Source: an uncultured Myxococcales bacterium (GTDB lineage Bacteria > Myxococcota > Kuafuiibacteriia > Kuafuiibacteriales > Kuafuiibacteriaceae). From it: a DNA stretch of 42,427 nucleotides. A program made the position numbers and the translations under genes. Below are positions 27,934-35,947 of this stretch, piece after piece. The notes under the pieces were generated by a model. The model was given only the letters and a program-made list of their open reading frames with translations, was not told where the DNA came from and did no database searches. The number at the start of each line of letters is the position of its first letter. Position 1 is the first letter of the stretch. The stretch is from the NCBI GenBank assembly GCA_964519665.1, contig CAZFIV010000059.1, positions 1 through 42,427 on the forward strand. The letters run 5' to 3'.

Positions 27934-28758
27934 TCAGCCCAACAAACGGACGAGCCGTTTCAGGAACATCAGATTCTCCTCGAGGCGGCCGGCCAGCTGC
28001 TGGGTCATCAGGATCAGCGCGAACATGAACATCACCAGGCCGGCCATCGCCTTCACCCCCATCGCCATGAAGTACGCGTTCAGCTGAGGCGCGATGCGGT
28101 TGAACATGCCGAACACGACATCGACCAAGAAAGAAGCGAAGAGCCCCGGGAAAACGAGCGCGAACGCAAGACCGAACAAACTGTTGGTATAGCTGAGCAC
28201 CTGGTCGATGAAAGTGTCGAAGCCGGCCGCGAAGGCCGGAAAGCGGTCGATGCTGACCACTTGGTAGCTGTCGATGACGCTCTCGATGAAGATGCCATGG
28301 CCGTTGAGGGCGCAGAACACGACCAAGAGGAGCTGAAAGTTGAACTGACCGACGGGCGAGGCACGCAGCTGGATCTCCGGCACCTGGACCTCGGCCATGT
28401 TCGAGCCGCGCATGACGTCGAGGGCGCGACCGCCGATCTCCATGGCGTAGAAAATCTCGGACGCGATAAAGCCGATCACGAAACCGATGAACACCTCTTT
28501 CATCATTAAAATGATGTAGGCGACCCAATTTGCATCGAGTGGGTCCTTCATCGCGTCCTGCGCGTACGGAAAGACCAGGATGGCGAGGCCCACGCTCAGG
28601 CCGATCCGGGTTTCGGTGGGCACCAGCCGCCCCCCCATAAAAGGGGTTTGAAAGATGATCGGAACGATGCGCATCAGCACGAGCGAGAACATGAGCAGGA
28701 AGTCCGACAGGTTGCCCCGCAGACCCACCGCTTCGTAAATCGATTGCCAGCCGCCCAT
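27934..28758 (-). CDS. sctT: type III secretion export apparatus protein SctT (FliR/YscT family)
   Basis: 274-aa polytopic membrane protein whose layout and length match the FliR family, located in the sctRST block. Confidence 0.8.
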   Translation of the reverse strand: MGGWQSIYEAVGLRGNLSDFLLMFSLVLMRIVPIIFQTPFMGGRLVPTETRIGLSVGLAILVFPYAQDAMKDPLDANWVAYIILMMKEVFIGFVIGFIASEIFYAMEIGGRALDVMRGSNMAEVQVPEIQLRASPVGQFNFQLLLVVFCALNGHGIFIESVIDSYQVVSIDRFPAFAAGFDTFIDQVLSYTNSLFGLAFALVFPGLFASFLVDVVFGMFNRIAPQLNAYFMAMGVKAMAGLVMFMFALILMTQQLAGRLEENLMFLKRLVRLLG

Positions 28759-28819
28759 ACTTGTTCGGTTCCGATGCCGTCGTCGAGCGCTCCCGTGGTT
28801 TGGCTCGCAGGGCCGCCCG

Positions 28820-29092
28820 TTAGTTGCCGATGACGGTGGCGAAACCTTCGAAGCAGATCTTTCCGAAGGTCGCCATAGTGTGGCCCAGACTCGGGCCTAA
28901 GATCGCCAGCGTTCCGAACACCACGATGACCTTGGGAACGAAGGTGAGCGACTGTTCCTGCACCTGAGTCACGGCCTGGAACAAGGCGATCAGGAGACCG
29001 ACGAGCAGACTGAACACCACGGGCGGCCCGGAGATGACGAGCGTGAGCAAGATACCCTCGTTGGCAACCTGGAGAATAAAGTCTTCGACCAT
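28820..29092 (-). CDS. sctS: type III secretion export apparatus protein SctS (FliQ/YscS family)
   Basis: 90 aa with two TM helices and the conserved LIALFQAVTQVQEQSLTFVPKV motif. The start overlaps the sctR stop (TGATG). Confidence 0.9.
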   Translation of the reverse strand: MVEDFILQVANEGILLTLVISGPPVVFSLLVGLLIALFQAVTQVQEQSLTFVPKVIVVFGTLAILGPSLGHTMATFGKICFEGFATVIGN

Positions 29093-30132
29093 CAGATGTA
29101 CCCCGTGATCAGGCCCTTGGTGATCAGATACCAGCCGTCGATCATCACGAACAGCAGCAGCTTGAACGGTAGAGAAATCGTCGTTGGGGAGAGCATCTGC
29201 ATACCGAGGGCCATCAGGATGTTCGACACGATCATGTCGATGACCAGGAACGGCACGAAGATGATGAACCCGATCTGAAACGCTTCTTTCAGCTCCGAGA
29301 TAACGAACGACGGGATGAGCACCATGAAGTCCTCCGGACCCACCCCCGCTCGGTCTTCGGGCTTGCGCAGTCGCTTGGCCATGCTGAAGAACATCGCCTG
29401 ATCTTTGTCGTGACTGTTCTTCCTCAGGAACGCTTTGAGCGGGGGGCCGCCCTCCCCGATCGCTTCGAACAACAGGTCGACGGTCTGTGTCGATACCAGT
29501 GAGCCCTCGGGTTGCCGTTTGTTGATGATCTGTTCGGTGGCGTTGTAGATCTCGATGCCCACCGGGGCCATGATGTAGACGGTCAATACGATCGACAGGC
29601 CGGTGATGACCTGGGTCGGCGGAATCTGCTGAGTGCCGATCGCCGAGCGCACGATCGACAAGACCACCGATATCTTCACGAAGCTCGTGACCATGATGAT
29701 CACGAACGGGAGCAGGGTGAGCAGCGCGAGCGCTCCGAGGAGGACCAGCGGTCGGGCGGCGACCGACCCTTTGAGCTGAAGGTCGGAGGGCTTCAGCTTC
29801 GCTTTGCGCCGGCTCGAGCTTTGGGCCGCGGCGTCATCGGGGGCGGAGAGCGTCGCCCCGCCGACGCCGACCGCGGCCGCCAGCATCAGCGCCGAGACCC
29901 ATCGCGGCCGGCGCTCGAGTGCCGGCCGCGATGCCGGAAGGTCGTCGCGAGGCGCGAGGGCAACGCTATCGGGGCCCTGAGGCGGCGAGGACGGCGACGG
30001 ATGGCGATATGCCGTCGCCGCGGACCGCTTCGGCGCTGTTCGGCGCTCGAGGCTGGCCTTACGGCGTCGTTCTCGTCGCGGGGGCGGACGGGACGGCGCG
30101 AGCCAAGCTGGCCATCTAGCGATAGCGACCAT
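29092..30132 (-). CDS. sctR: type III secretion export apparatus protein SctR (FliP/YscR family), with Pro/Arg-rich N-terminal extension or later true start
   Basis: The C-terminal ~250 aa are FliP-like (LLPFVIIMVTSFVKISVVLSIVRSAIG, GLSIVLTVYIMAPV, MQMLSPTTISLPFKLLLFV). The first ~82 aa are Pro/Arg-rich; the alternative start Met83 (29886) precedes a signal-like segment. The ATG at 30132 is 3 nt from the fliO-like stop. Confidence 0.85.
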   Translation of the reverse strand: MVAIARWPAWLAPSRPPPRRERRRKASLERRTAPKRSAATAYRHPSPSSPPQGPDSVALAPRDDLPASRPALERRPRWVSALMLAAAVGVGGATLSAPDDAAAQSSSRRKAKLKPSDLQLKGSVAARPLVLLGALALLTLLPFVIIMVTSFVKISVVLSIVRSAIGTQQIPPTQVITGLSIVLTVYIMAPVGIEIYNATEQIINKRQPEGSLVSTQTVDLLFEAIGEGGPPLKAFLRKNSHDKDQAMFFSMAKRLRKPEDRAGVGPEDFMVLIPSFVISELKEAFQIGFIIFVPFLVIDMIVSNILMALGMQMLSPTTISLPFKLLLFVMIDGWYLITKGLITGYI

Positions 30133-30135
30133 CTC

Positions 30136-30828
30136 TCAGTTCCCTTTCGCTTTACGGCGGAACAGGTCGTTCAGCCGGCTGAATCCGGGGCTGGGGATCT
30201 CCGTTTCGGCAAGCAGACGCTCGACCCGATCACTATCGAGCTTGGACATCATCGATATGTTCTGCTCGGCCGCGCCCACGAGATAGTACTCGTCGCCGAG
30301 CTTGAGGACCATGATCGAGCGCTTTTGATCGATGGCCAACCGGTCCACCACTTTCAGCAGACGGCGGGGTGCGGTGGGCGGTTCGATCCTCATGAGGCGG
30401 GGCAGCAGCTTGCCCAGCAGAAGATAGGCCAGCAAGCTGACCGCGGTCAGCATGATCACCGTACGGACGAACGTTGGCCAGAGGCTGGTTTCGCCCGAAT
30501 CGTCGCTGAGGGCGTCTTGCTCGGCCTGGAGCCGCTCGAGCCGAGCGGCTTCCTCAGCCAGGCGCTTGGCTTCGGCCGGATCTTGGCGGGACGGGGTATC
30601 GGCGCCGGCGGTCGAGGTCGAGCTCGACGCTTGGGCGGTGGTCGCCGTCGCGGTGCCCGAGCCGCCGGCCGACTCGGGCGCTGGCTGCCCGAACCCATCG
30701 CGCGGGCCGCTGACGGCGGCCACCACCATCACCAGGGCGATCCACTGGCGGCCGGACCGTCGCCCACTCGTTCCTCGCAGGGGGGCCGCTGGCGGCCGCA
30801 AGGGGGTTTGCGTCGGGCCGAGCCTCAT
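30136..30828 (-). CDS. FliO-like small membrane protein with Ala/Pro/Ser-rich N-terminal region
   Basis: The C-terminal ~110 aa comprise a single TM helix plus LKVVDRLAIDQKRSIMVLKLGDEYYLVGAAEQNISMMSKL. This matches the FliO core (LKISASASLGARERVVVVDVEDARLVLGVTAGQINLLHKL). The gene overlaps the sctQ stop by 4 nt. Confidence 0.65.
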   Translation of the reverse strand: MRLGPTQTPLRPPAAPLRGTSGRRSGRQWIALVMVVAAVSGPRDGFGQPAPESAGGSGTATATTAQASSSTSTAGADTPSRQDPAEAKRLAEEAARLERLQAEQDALSDDSGETSLWPTFVRTVIMLTAVSLLAYLLLGKLLPRLMRIEPPTAPRRLLKVVDRLAIDQKRSIMVLKLGDEYYLVGAAEQNISMMSKLDSDRVERLLAETEIPSPGFSRLNDLFRRKAKGN

Positions 30829-32429
30829 GGAGAAGGCGCCTTTACGAGGCTGAGGATCTTGACGCCGAGCGAGCCTTCGATCTCGACCAGCTCTCCCTTC
30901 GCTAGCAGCCGGCCATTGACCACGAGGTCGACCGGCTCGGCCGGCGAACGCCCAAGCTCGACAATGTGGCCGGTGCCCAGGCGGATAACCTCGTCGGCGG
31001 TCAACTGAACGCGGCCGAGTTCGACCACCACGTGCACCGGGACATCGCCGAGCAGGGCTTCGGCTTCGACCGGGCCTTCTTCGAAGTGGACCTCTTCCGA
31101 GGGACCGGCCGTTCCTTCTTCGGGATTGTATTCGAGCTCCGGGGCACCCGGCGCGTTAGGGTCGTAGGGCTGTTCGGGGTACTCTTCGGCGTACTCGTCG
31201 TAGTACTCCTCGTCGTCGCCTTCGTTCTCGTCGTCGATGCCGTACTCTTCGTCGAGGATGTCATCGTCGGTCAGATCGCCGTCGTCGTTTTCGTCGTACC
31301 TTGGTTCCTCGTACTCAGCCATGACTTCCTCGGGGTGCCCGTGCATGCCGTGCACGATGTGTGGGTCGTGAACCGGGGGGACCTTGCGCGCCCGCACCTG
31401 CTGGATCTGAAACGCCCGTTGCCGCGCGTCACCAGAACCTTGGCTCCCGACGATGCCGTGAAGGACGACACTCCGACCGAGACCGACCGTCATGCGGGCC
31501 GGCCCGACGGGTTCGCCGTGCTCCAGGCGGAGCTCACAGTGGTCGAGCAGGACGATGTCGCCAGGGTCGAGCGCACGGATGTCTTCGGGGGTCAGCTCGA
31601 TGTGGCCGCCTTCGACCGGGCAGTCGACCATGACGCCCTCGAGACGATCCATCCGGCGGCGCAGGTGTTCGCGGACCCGACCAGCGAGCGGGGACGTCGG
31701 CGGGAGCTGGTCGGGCACCAAGCGGCGGACCAGCGAGGTCGGCACCACGGCGCGCACGTAGCCGACGTCGAGGTCGAAGTTCATCTTCCACGCGGCGACC
31801 AGCCAGAAGTCATCATTGCGGACGATGTCGGCGATCGTCTTGAGGTCGTTTCGAATGTCTTCGAGGCGAACCGCGACCTGCTCCGGAAAGGCCATCTCGT
31901 GCTGAAAAAGGTGGAGGACTTTGAGAAGGAGAAAGGAGAAGACCCCTTGCTCGATCTCGGTCAGCGGTCGGTGGACGTCGACCGCTACCCCGTGGCTCCC
32001 GAGGAGCCGGTCGACGGCGCGGTAGACGAAGCGCAGGTCGACCTCGATAATGACTTTTTCGGCGAGCGGGGGCAGTCCGACGATCACCAAGCAACTGACC
32101 CCGGGGATCATCGCGCGCAGCTGCGTACGGCGCATGACGCGGACCGTGTGCAGCCACAGGTCGACGTCCATGTCGGTGTACTTCTGAAGCTCCTGCCGGA
32201 TCTGGGTCAGGAAGCCGGGTTCGAAGACGGCTTCTGGAAGAACGCGGCTCAGCGCGCGGTGGACGTCGCGATGTTCCCGAGGGATTCGCTCCAGCTCATC
32301 CAATCGGAACGGGCGTACCCGCTTATCGCGCAGGTCGGGGTCGTCCGGCTCGTACGTGCGCGATTGCCGCGTGTAGGCGGCGGCATCGACCACCGAAATC
32401 GGCGGTACAGGGGGCGGTCGGGCGGCCAC
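30825..32429 (-). CDS. sctQ: type III secretion cytoplasmic-ring / sorting-platform protein SctQ (FliM/FliN-like, C-terminal SpoA domain) with acidic low-complexity insert
   Basis: 534 aa. The C-terminal SpoA/FliN motif is VPVHVVVELGRVQLTADEVIRLGTGHIVELGRSPAEPVDLVVNGRLLAKGELVEIEGSLGVKI. An Asp/Glu/Tyr-rich insert of about 85 aa spans residues ~370-455. Confidence 0.85.
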   Translation of the reverse strand: MAARPPPVPPISVVDAAAYTRQSRTYEPDDPDLRDKRVRPFRLDELERIPREHRDVHRALSRVLPEAVFEPGFLTQIRQELQKYTDMDVDLWLHTVRVMRRTQLRAMIPGVSCLVIVGLPPLAEKVIIEVDLRFVYRAVDRLLGSHGVAVDVHRPLTEIEQGVFSFLLLKVLHLFQHEMAFPEQVAVRLEDIRNDLKTIADIVRNDDFWLVAAWKMNFDLDVGYVRAVVPTSLVRRLVPDQLPPTSPLAGRVREHLRRRMDRLEGVMVDCPVEGGHIELTPEDIRALDPGDIVLLDHCELRLEHGEPVGPARMTVGLGRSVVLHGIVGSQGSGDARQRAFQIQQVRARKVPPVHDPHIVHGMHGHPEEVMAEYEEPRYDENDDGDLTDDDILDEEYGIDDENEGDDEEYYDEYAEEYPEQPYDPNAPGAPELEYNPEEGTAGPSEEVHFEEGPVEAEALLGDVPVHVVVELGRVQLTADEVIRLGTGHIVELGRSPAEPVDLVVNGRLLAKGELVEIEGSLGVKILSLVKAPSP

Positions 32430-32513
32430 GCTCTCGAGGTGGTACCCCTCAGGCTCTCGTGGTGCAAGTGAGTCGGGTGGACTGATGCCCGCGGACCCAC
32501 TAACCCTCTATCC

Positions 32514-33269
32514 ATGTTCATTTTTCGTTTGCTTCGAGCGGCCGGATTTCAGCGATTGCTCGGCTTCGTGTCGCCGGCGTTCTTCGATGTGGTCCCGGCC
32601 GGAGCGATGTTGGCGCGCGGGCGGACCCTATTGGCCGCGTACAGGGATGCCCGAGCCTTTGAGAAGGCCCGGGACGAGAGGTCGAAGCGATTGTCGGCGG
32701 CCGGCCTCGAGGTCGAGTTGGCCGCCGCGCCGACCCCGAGCGGCCCGGCGGATGAGTTCCCGCTCGAACAACGGCGATCGGTCGGTGAAGCGGTGCTCCG
32801 CCTGTACTTTCACCAGCTGCTGACGGACGGGCCGACGCTGCTCGATCTGAGCGCGGCGAAGTTTCGAGGGAGCCACCCCGTTCAGTGGTCACCGGGGCCC
32901 GGGCATGTCGAATGGGACCCAGCCTTTCAGTCCGCGCTGCGGCAGATCTACGTGGGCTTCTACACCGATGACGGCGCCGTGATGGTGGCCGGCTTGTCCG
33001 AACTCGGCCTCGAGTCGGCCGAGCCTCTGTTTCGCAAGCACTTTGGAGAGGGCGACCAGTCGGCGGTCACGTTTTCGGTCGACCATTTCGTTTCGTCGTT
33101 TCACGCGGTGTTCACCCACTGCAAAGAGCAGGGGATTCGGCTGCACCCCGATTTTCTTCCTCTCGGTGTATATCTGGCGTCTTTGTATGAGCACCTGCAG
33201 GGGATAGGGGCGCCGTTGGATGTGCGGTCGGCGTTCGTCGCCGCCGACCGCACGTCGGGCCGGCATTGA
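32514..33269 (+). CDS. hypothetical protein (opposite strand, between sctQ and the SPFH gene)
   Basis: 251-aa ORF with strongly GC-biased third positions over its distal two-thirds. The first ~30 codons are AT-rich, so the true start is probably internal (for example Met at 32607). No recognisable domain. Confidence 0.45.
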   Translation: MFIFRLLRAAGFQRLLGFVSPAFFDVVPAGAMLARGRTLLAAYRDARAFEKARDERSKRLSAAGLEVELAAAPTPSGPADEFPLEQRRSVGEAVLRLYFHQLLTDGPTLLDLSAAKFRGSHPVQWSPGPGHVEWDPAFQSALRQIYVGFYTDDGAVMVAGLSELGLESAEPLFRKHFGEGDQSAVTFSVDHFVSSFHAVFTHCKEQGIRLHPDFLPLGVYLASLYEHLQGIGAPLDVRSAFVAADRTSGRH

Positions 33270-33294
33270 CACGGCACTTCCCACGGGGAGCCGG

Positions 33295-34395
33295 TCATTC
33301 ATCCGTCGACTTCAGGGTCGCCCGGGCGAACATCCGCTCCATGAGGTCGCCGGCCCCGGCAATCAGGGTGACCTGATCCAGCGACTGCGCGATCTCTTTG
33401 ATGGCCTCCATCTCCTTGAGGCGCAGCAAGACCGGGTTGGCTTCCAGCATCTTGGCCGTGTTGGCCTGAGAGCGGGTGGCCGCCGTCTCCTCGCGACGCA
33501 TGATGACCTGAGCCGCGGCCTGTTTCTCGGCCTCGATGACCCGGTTCATCAGCGCCTTCATGTCGCCGGGGAGGACGACGTCCTTGATGTCGACGGCGAT
33601 GACTTCGACGCCCCACTTTTGTGCCCGGGCGCCGACTTCAGCGGTCATGCCCGCTCCGATCGCCTTTCGACCCTCGAGCAGCGCATCCAGGGCGTGGCCG
33701 GCGACCGCCCGCCGGACACACATCTGGGTTTCCGAGTACAGGCCGTCGGCGAGCTGGTCGACGCTGTGAAGGGCCCGCACGGGGTCGACGATCCGGTACT
33801 TCAGGATGATGTTCATGCGCAGCGACACCTTGTCGCTGGTCATGACTTCCTGGGCATTGATGGTCCGCTCGGTCTCCCGCGTATCGACGTTGACCAGGTC
33901 CAGGTCTCGGTCGAGCTTCGAGAGCAGGGCGCGACCTCCGTTGATCGTGCCGGCGAGCTTGCCGTCTTCGTACACCAGCAGCTGCTGGTAGGGCTTCACA
34001 GTAACCACCTCTACGAGGTCGCGCGGGATCCACGGCCAGATCGCTTCGGGGATCGCGGGTCGCAGCGGCCCCAGGTCGTACAGGTCGGCCGCGACCTCCC
34101 CCCGCAGCTGCCACAGCATGTAGCGGCCGGGGCGCAGGATGGCCTTCACCAGACCATCGACGTAGGTCACCGCGACCTCCGATGCGCCGACCATCAGCTC
34201 GGTCCAGGCGATACCAGGGGCGACCTTCGCCAGCTCCGGGCGAAACGGTACGCTGGCCTGGCCGACGTCGATCAGCTCTGCGCGCAACTCGTCCAGCCAT
34301 GACCAGCGAGTGTGCTTGCCGGGTTCCAGCCACTCCACGAGCCGTCCGTTTCGGTACAGAAGACCGCGGTGGGTCTCCGGGACGATCAGTTTCAT
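33295..34395 (-). CDS. SPFH/band-7 (stomatin/slipin-like) domain protein
   Basis: The SPFH domain is VSLRMNIILKYRIVDPVRALHSV...GVEVIAVDIKDVVLPGDMKALMNRVIEAEKQAAAQVIMRREETAA. The track ORF runs to 34596, but the Met at 34395 is preceded by AAGGAGG with a 5-nt spacer, and the upstream 67 codons are Arg/Pro-rich. Confidence 0.8.
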   Translation of the reverse strand: MKLIVPETHRGLLYRNGRLVEWLEPGKHTRWSWLDELRAELIDVGQASVPFRPELAKVAPGIAWTELMVGASEVAVTYVDGLVKAILRPGRYMLWQLRGEVAADLYDLGPLRPAIPEAIWPWIPRDLVEVVTVKPYQQLLVYEDGKLAGTINGGRALLSKLDRDLDLVNVDTRETERTINAQEVMTSDKVSLRMNIILKYRIVDPVRALHSVDQLADGLYSETQMCVRRAVAGHALDALLEGRKAIGAGMTAEVGARAQKWGVEVIAVDIKDVVLPGDMKALMNRVIEAEKQAAAQVIMRREETAATRSQANTAKMLEANPVLLRLKEMEAIKEIAQSLDQVTLIAGAGDLMERMFARATLKSTDE

Positions 34396-34649
34396 GCGGG
34401 CCTCCTTCGTGCGTTGAGGGGTTGCTGAACGGGGGGCGCCCGGGGGCGCACTCCAGGGCGAACGCGGCGGCCCGCCGACGGTCGACGTCGGCGGGCGGCG
34501 TTGCGTTCGGCGACTCGAGGCGCGCATGGCGGCGGTCGCTCCGAAGAGTCGACTCCGGCCGGACGCCGCCCCGCAGCAGGTTAGAGGTTGTTTCAAGGAT
34601 ACGTCGTCAGATTAAAAGTCTGATGCCTTTACCGTTTTGGCCAATCACC

Positions 34650-34690
34650 CAACCGAGGATGATCCAGGACTCGAACCTGGAATGACATGA
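34650..34690 (-). other. tRNA-like fragment: canonical T-arm (CCAGG-TTCGAGT-CCTGG) with partial acceptor-like flank; no complete cloverleaf found
   Basis: The minus-strand sequence tCCAGGTTCGAGTCCTGGatcatcc lies in an AT-rich ~560-bp non-coding gap. Manual folding gives an imperfect 6/7 acceptor pairing (GCGATGA/TCATCCT) with one extra nucleotide and no convincing D or anticodon arms. Confidence 0.35.
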
Positions 34691-34954
34691 ACGTTGGCCG
34701 ATTCGCGGGACGCACACTCCCGATTCATCGCCGAGACGACGGTCTCGGTGATGAGCCGAGCCTATCGTCCGACGGGGTCTGTGGGCGCCGCTGAGCACAG
34801 CCGTTCGGTCGAGCTAATAGCAGGTCGCGTGCCAGCCTCGCGGCGGTCTCTCTGACCGTCTCTGGGTTCTCCCCGGCGAGCCCGGCGGCGCATCCACGCG
34901 CTCACCAGATAGATTGTGAACGCGATCGGAGGGGTGTCGAAGTCGTCTGCGAGT

Positions 34955-35851
34955 CTACGCGACCGTCAGGTTCTTCAGCTTGAGTCCTCGACCGGCGAGG
35001 CCTTTCGCCAGGAGCTCGCGGCCGGCCTCGACGAGGGCGGTCATTTCTCGGTCGCACCCGTGAAAGGTGCACTCGACCTGTCCGCCCTCGGACCTGACCT
35101 CGAGCTTGACCCCGTCGAGAGGTCCACCCCGGAGGTGGATCTGCATTTGGGTTCGTCCGTCGGTCCCGACCGTCTTCAGGACGGCGTTCACCAGCTGCTG
35201 GATGAGGGCGGGGGGGATGTCGACACGGTGAGCCTTCGGGGACTCATCCACTGCGGACGCCTTCTCAGGACCAGCGCCATCGTCGCCGCTCGACGATGAG
35301 TGCTGCTGACGTTGACGTCGCTCTCCGTCAGGATTGATCGGGCCGTCACTCTGGGCCTCGGCGGCGACCTCGGTCTGCTTCTCTTCGACCGACCGCAAGT
35401 CTTTTGTATCTTGGTCGCGGCCGTGCTCCCGAGCGTGTTCGAGCTCTTCGGCCCCTCGACCATCGAGCTGCTCGGCGCGGGCTTCGGCTTCGACGGCGCC
35501 GGCTCGGTGACCTTTGGCGCGCCCTCGAAGGGCGCTTCCGGCCACCGATCTCGACAGCTCGGCCTTCTTCGCCAAGTCGGCGTGAGCCCGTTGACCCTGG
35601 GTGCGAACCTGGGCGAGCAGGCGCTGGCTTGCGGCATCTCCGGGCGTCGTTCGCGTGGTGGCCGCGGTTTGGCGTTGCGCTTGCTGGGCCACCCGCTCAC
35701 GCCCATGCTCGGCCATGACCTCTTTGAACGAGCGTTCGACCCGGCTCTGATGGTTTCGTTGGGCCTGGTCCGCCCGGCGGCGGAGCTCGGCTTGATTGAC
35801 CTCACGAATACGCTGAAGGTCGCTGTTGTCGCCGTCACCGATGCCTGACAT
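34955..35851 (-). CDS. FliK/SctP-like protein (coiled-coil Gln/Arg/Glu-rich N-terminus, C-terminal hook/needle-length-control-like domain)
   Basis: The C-terminus (KTVGTDGRTQMQIHLRGGPLDGVKLEVRSEGGQVECTFHGCDREMTALVEAGRELLAKGLAGRGLKLKNLTV) matches the FliK C-terminal/T3S4 pattern (L.P..LG.v.v.l....g.l.v.f.a.....r..l......L...L...G..l..v.v). The likely start at 35851 is preceded by GGAGAG; the track ORF runs to 35899. Confidence 0.55.
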   Translation of the reverse strand: MSGIGDGDNSDLQRIREVNQAELRRRADQAQRNHQSRVERSFKEVMAEHGRERVAQQAQRQTAATTRTTPGDAASQRLLAQVRTQGQRAHADLAKKAELSRSVAGSALRGRAKGHRAGAVEAEARAEQLDGRGAEELEHAREHGRDQDTKDLRSVEEKQTEVAAEAQSDGPINPDGERRQRQQHSSSSGDDGAGPEKASAVDESPKAHRVDIPPALIQQLVNAVLKTVGTDGRTQMQIHLRGGPLDGVKLEVRSEGGQVECTFHGCDREMTALVEAGRELLAKGLAGRGLKLKNLTVA

Positions 35852-35947
35852 CTGCTCTCCAAGATAACGTGGTCGGACACATCCCGACCGATCGCACACA
35901 GTTATCGGAGCACAGCCGAACGTGTTGCGTCGAGACTCGATGGTTCT

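Noticed and set aside
34597-34954. tmRNA (ssrA) hypothesis for the ~360-bp non-coding gap carrying the tRNA-like T-arm
   Set aside because: The minus-strand sequence has no GGGG...GAUUC-type 5' acceptor partner and no plausible tag-peptide reading frame ending in ...LAA-stop. The T-arm (CCAGG/CCTGG, 5 bp) is tRNA-type rather than the tmRNA GGGGG stem.
30136-35899. Calling the export genes a flagellar (fliOPQR-flhB-fliK) cluster
   Set aside because: Despite the FliO- and FliK-like proteins, the adjacent LcrH/SycD-type translocator chaperone and the single fused SctQ favour a non-flagellar T3SS, and no flagellin, hook, rod or motor-switch genes are in the window. The assignment remains provisional.
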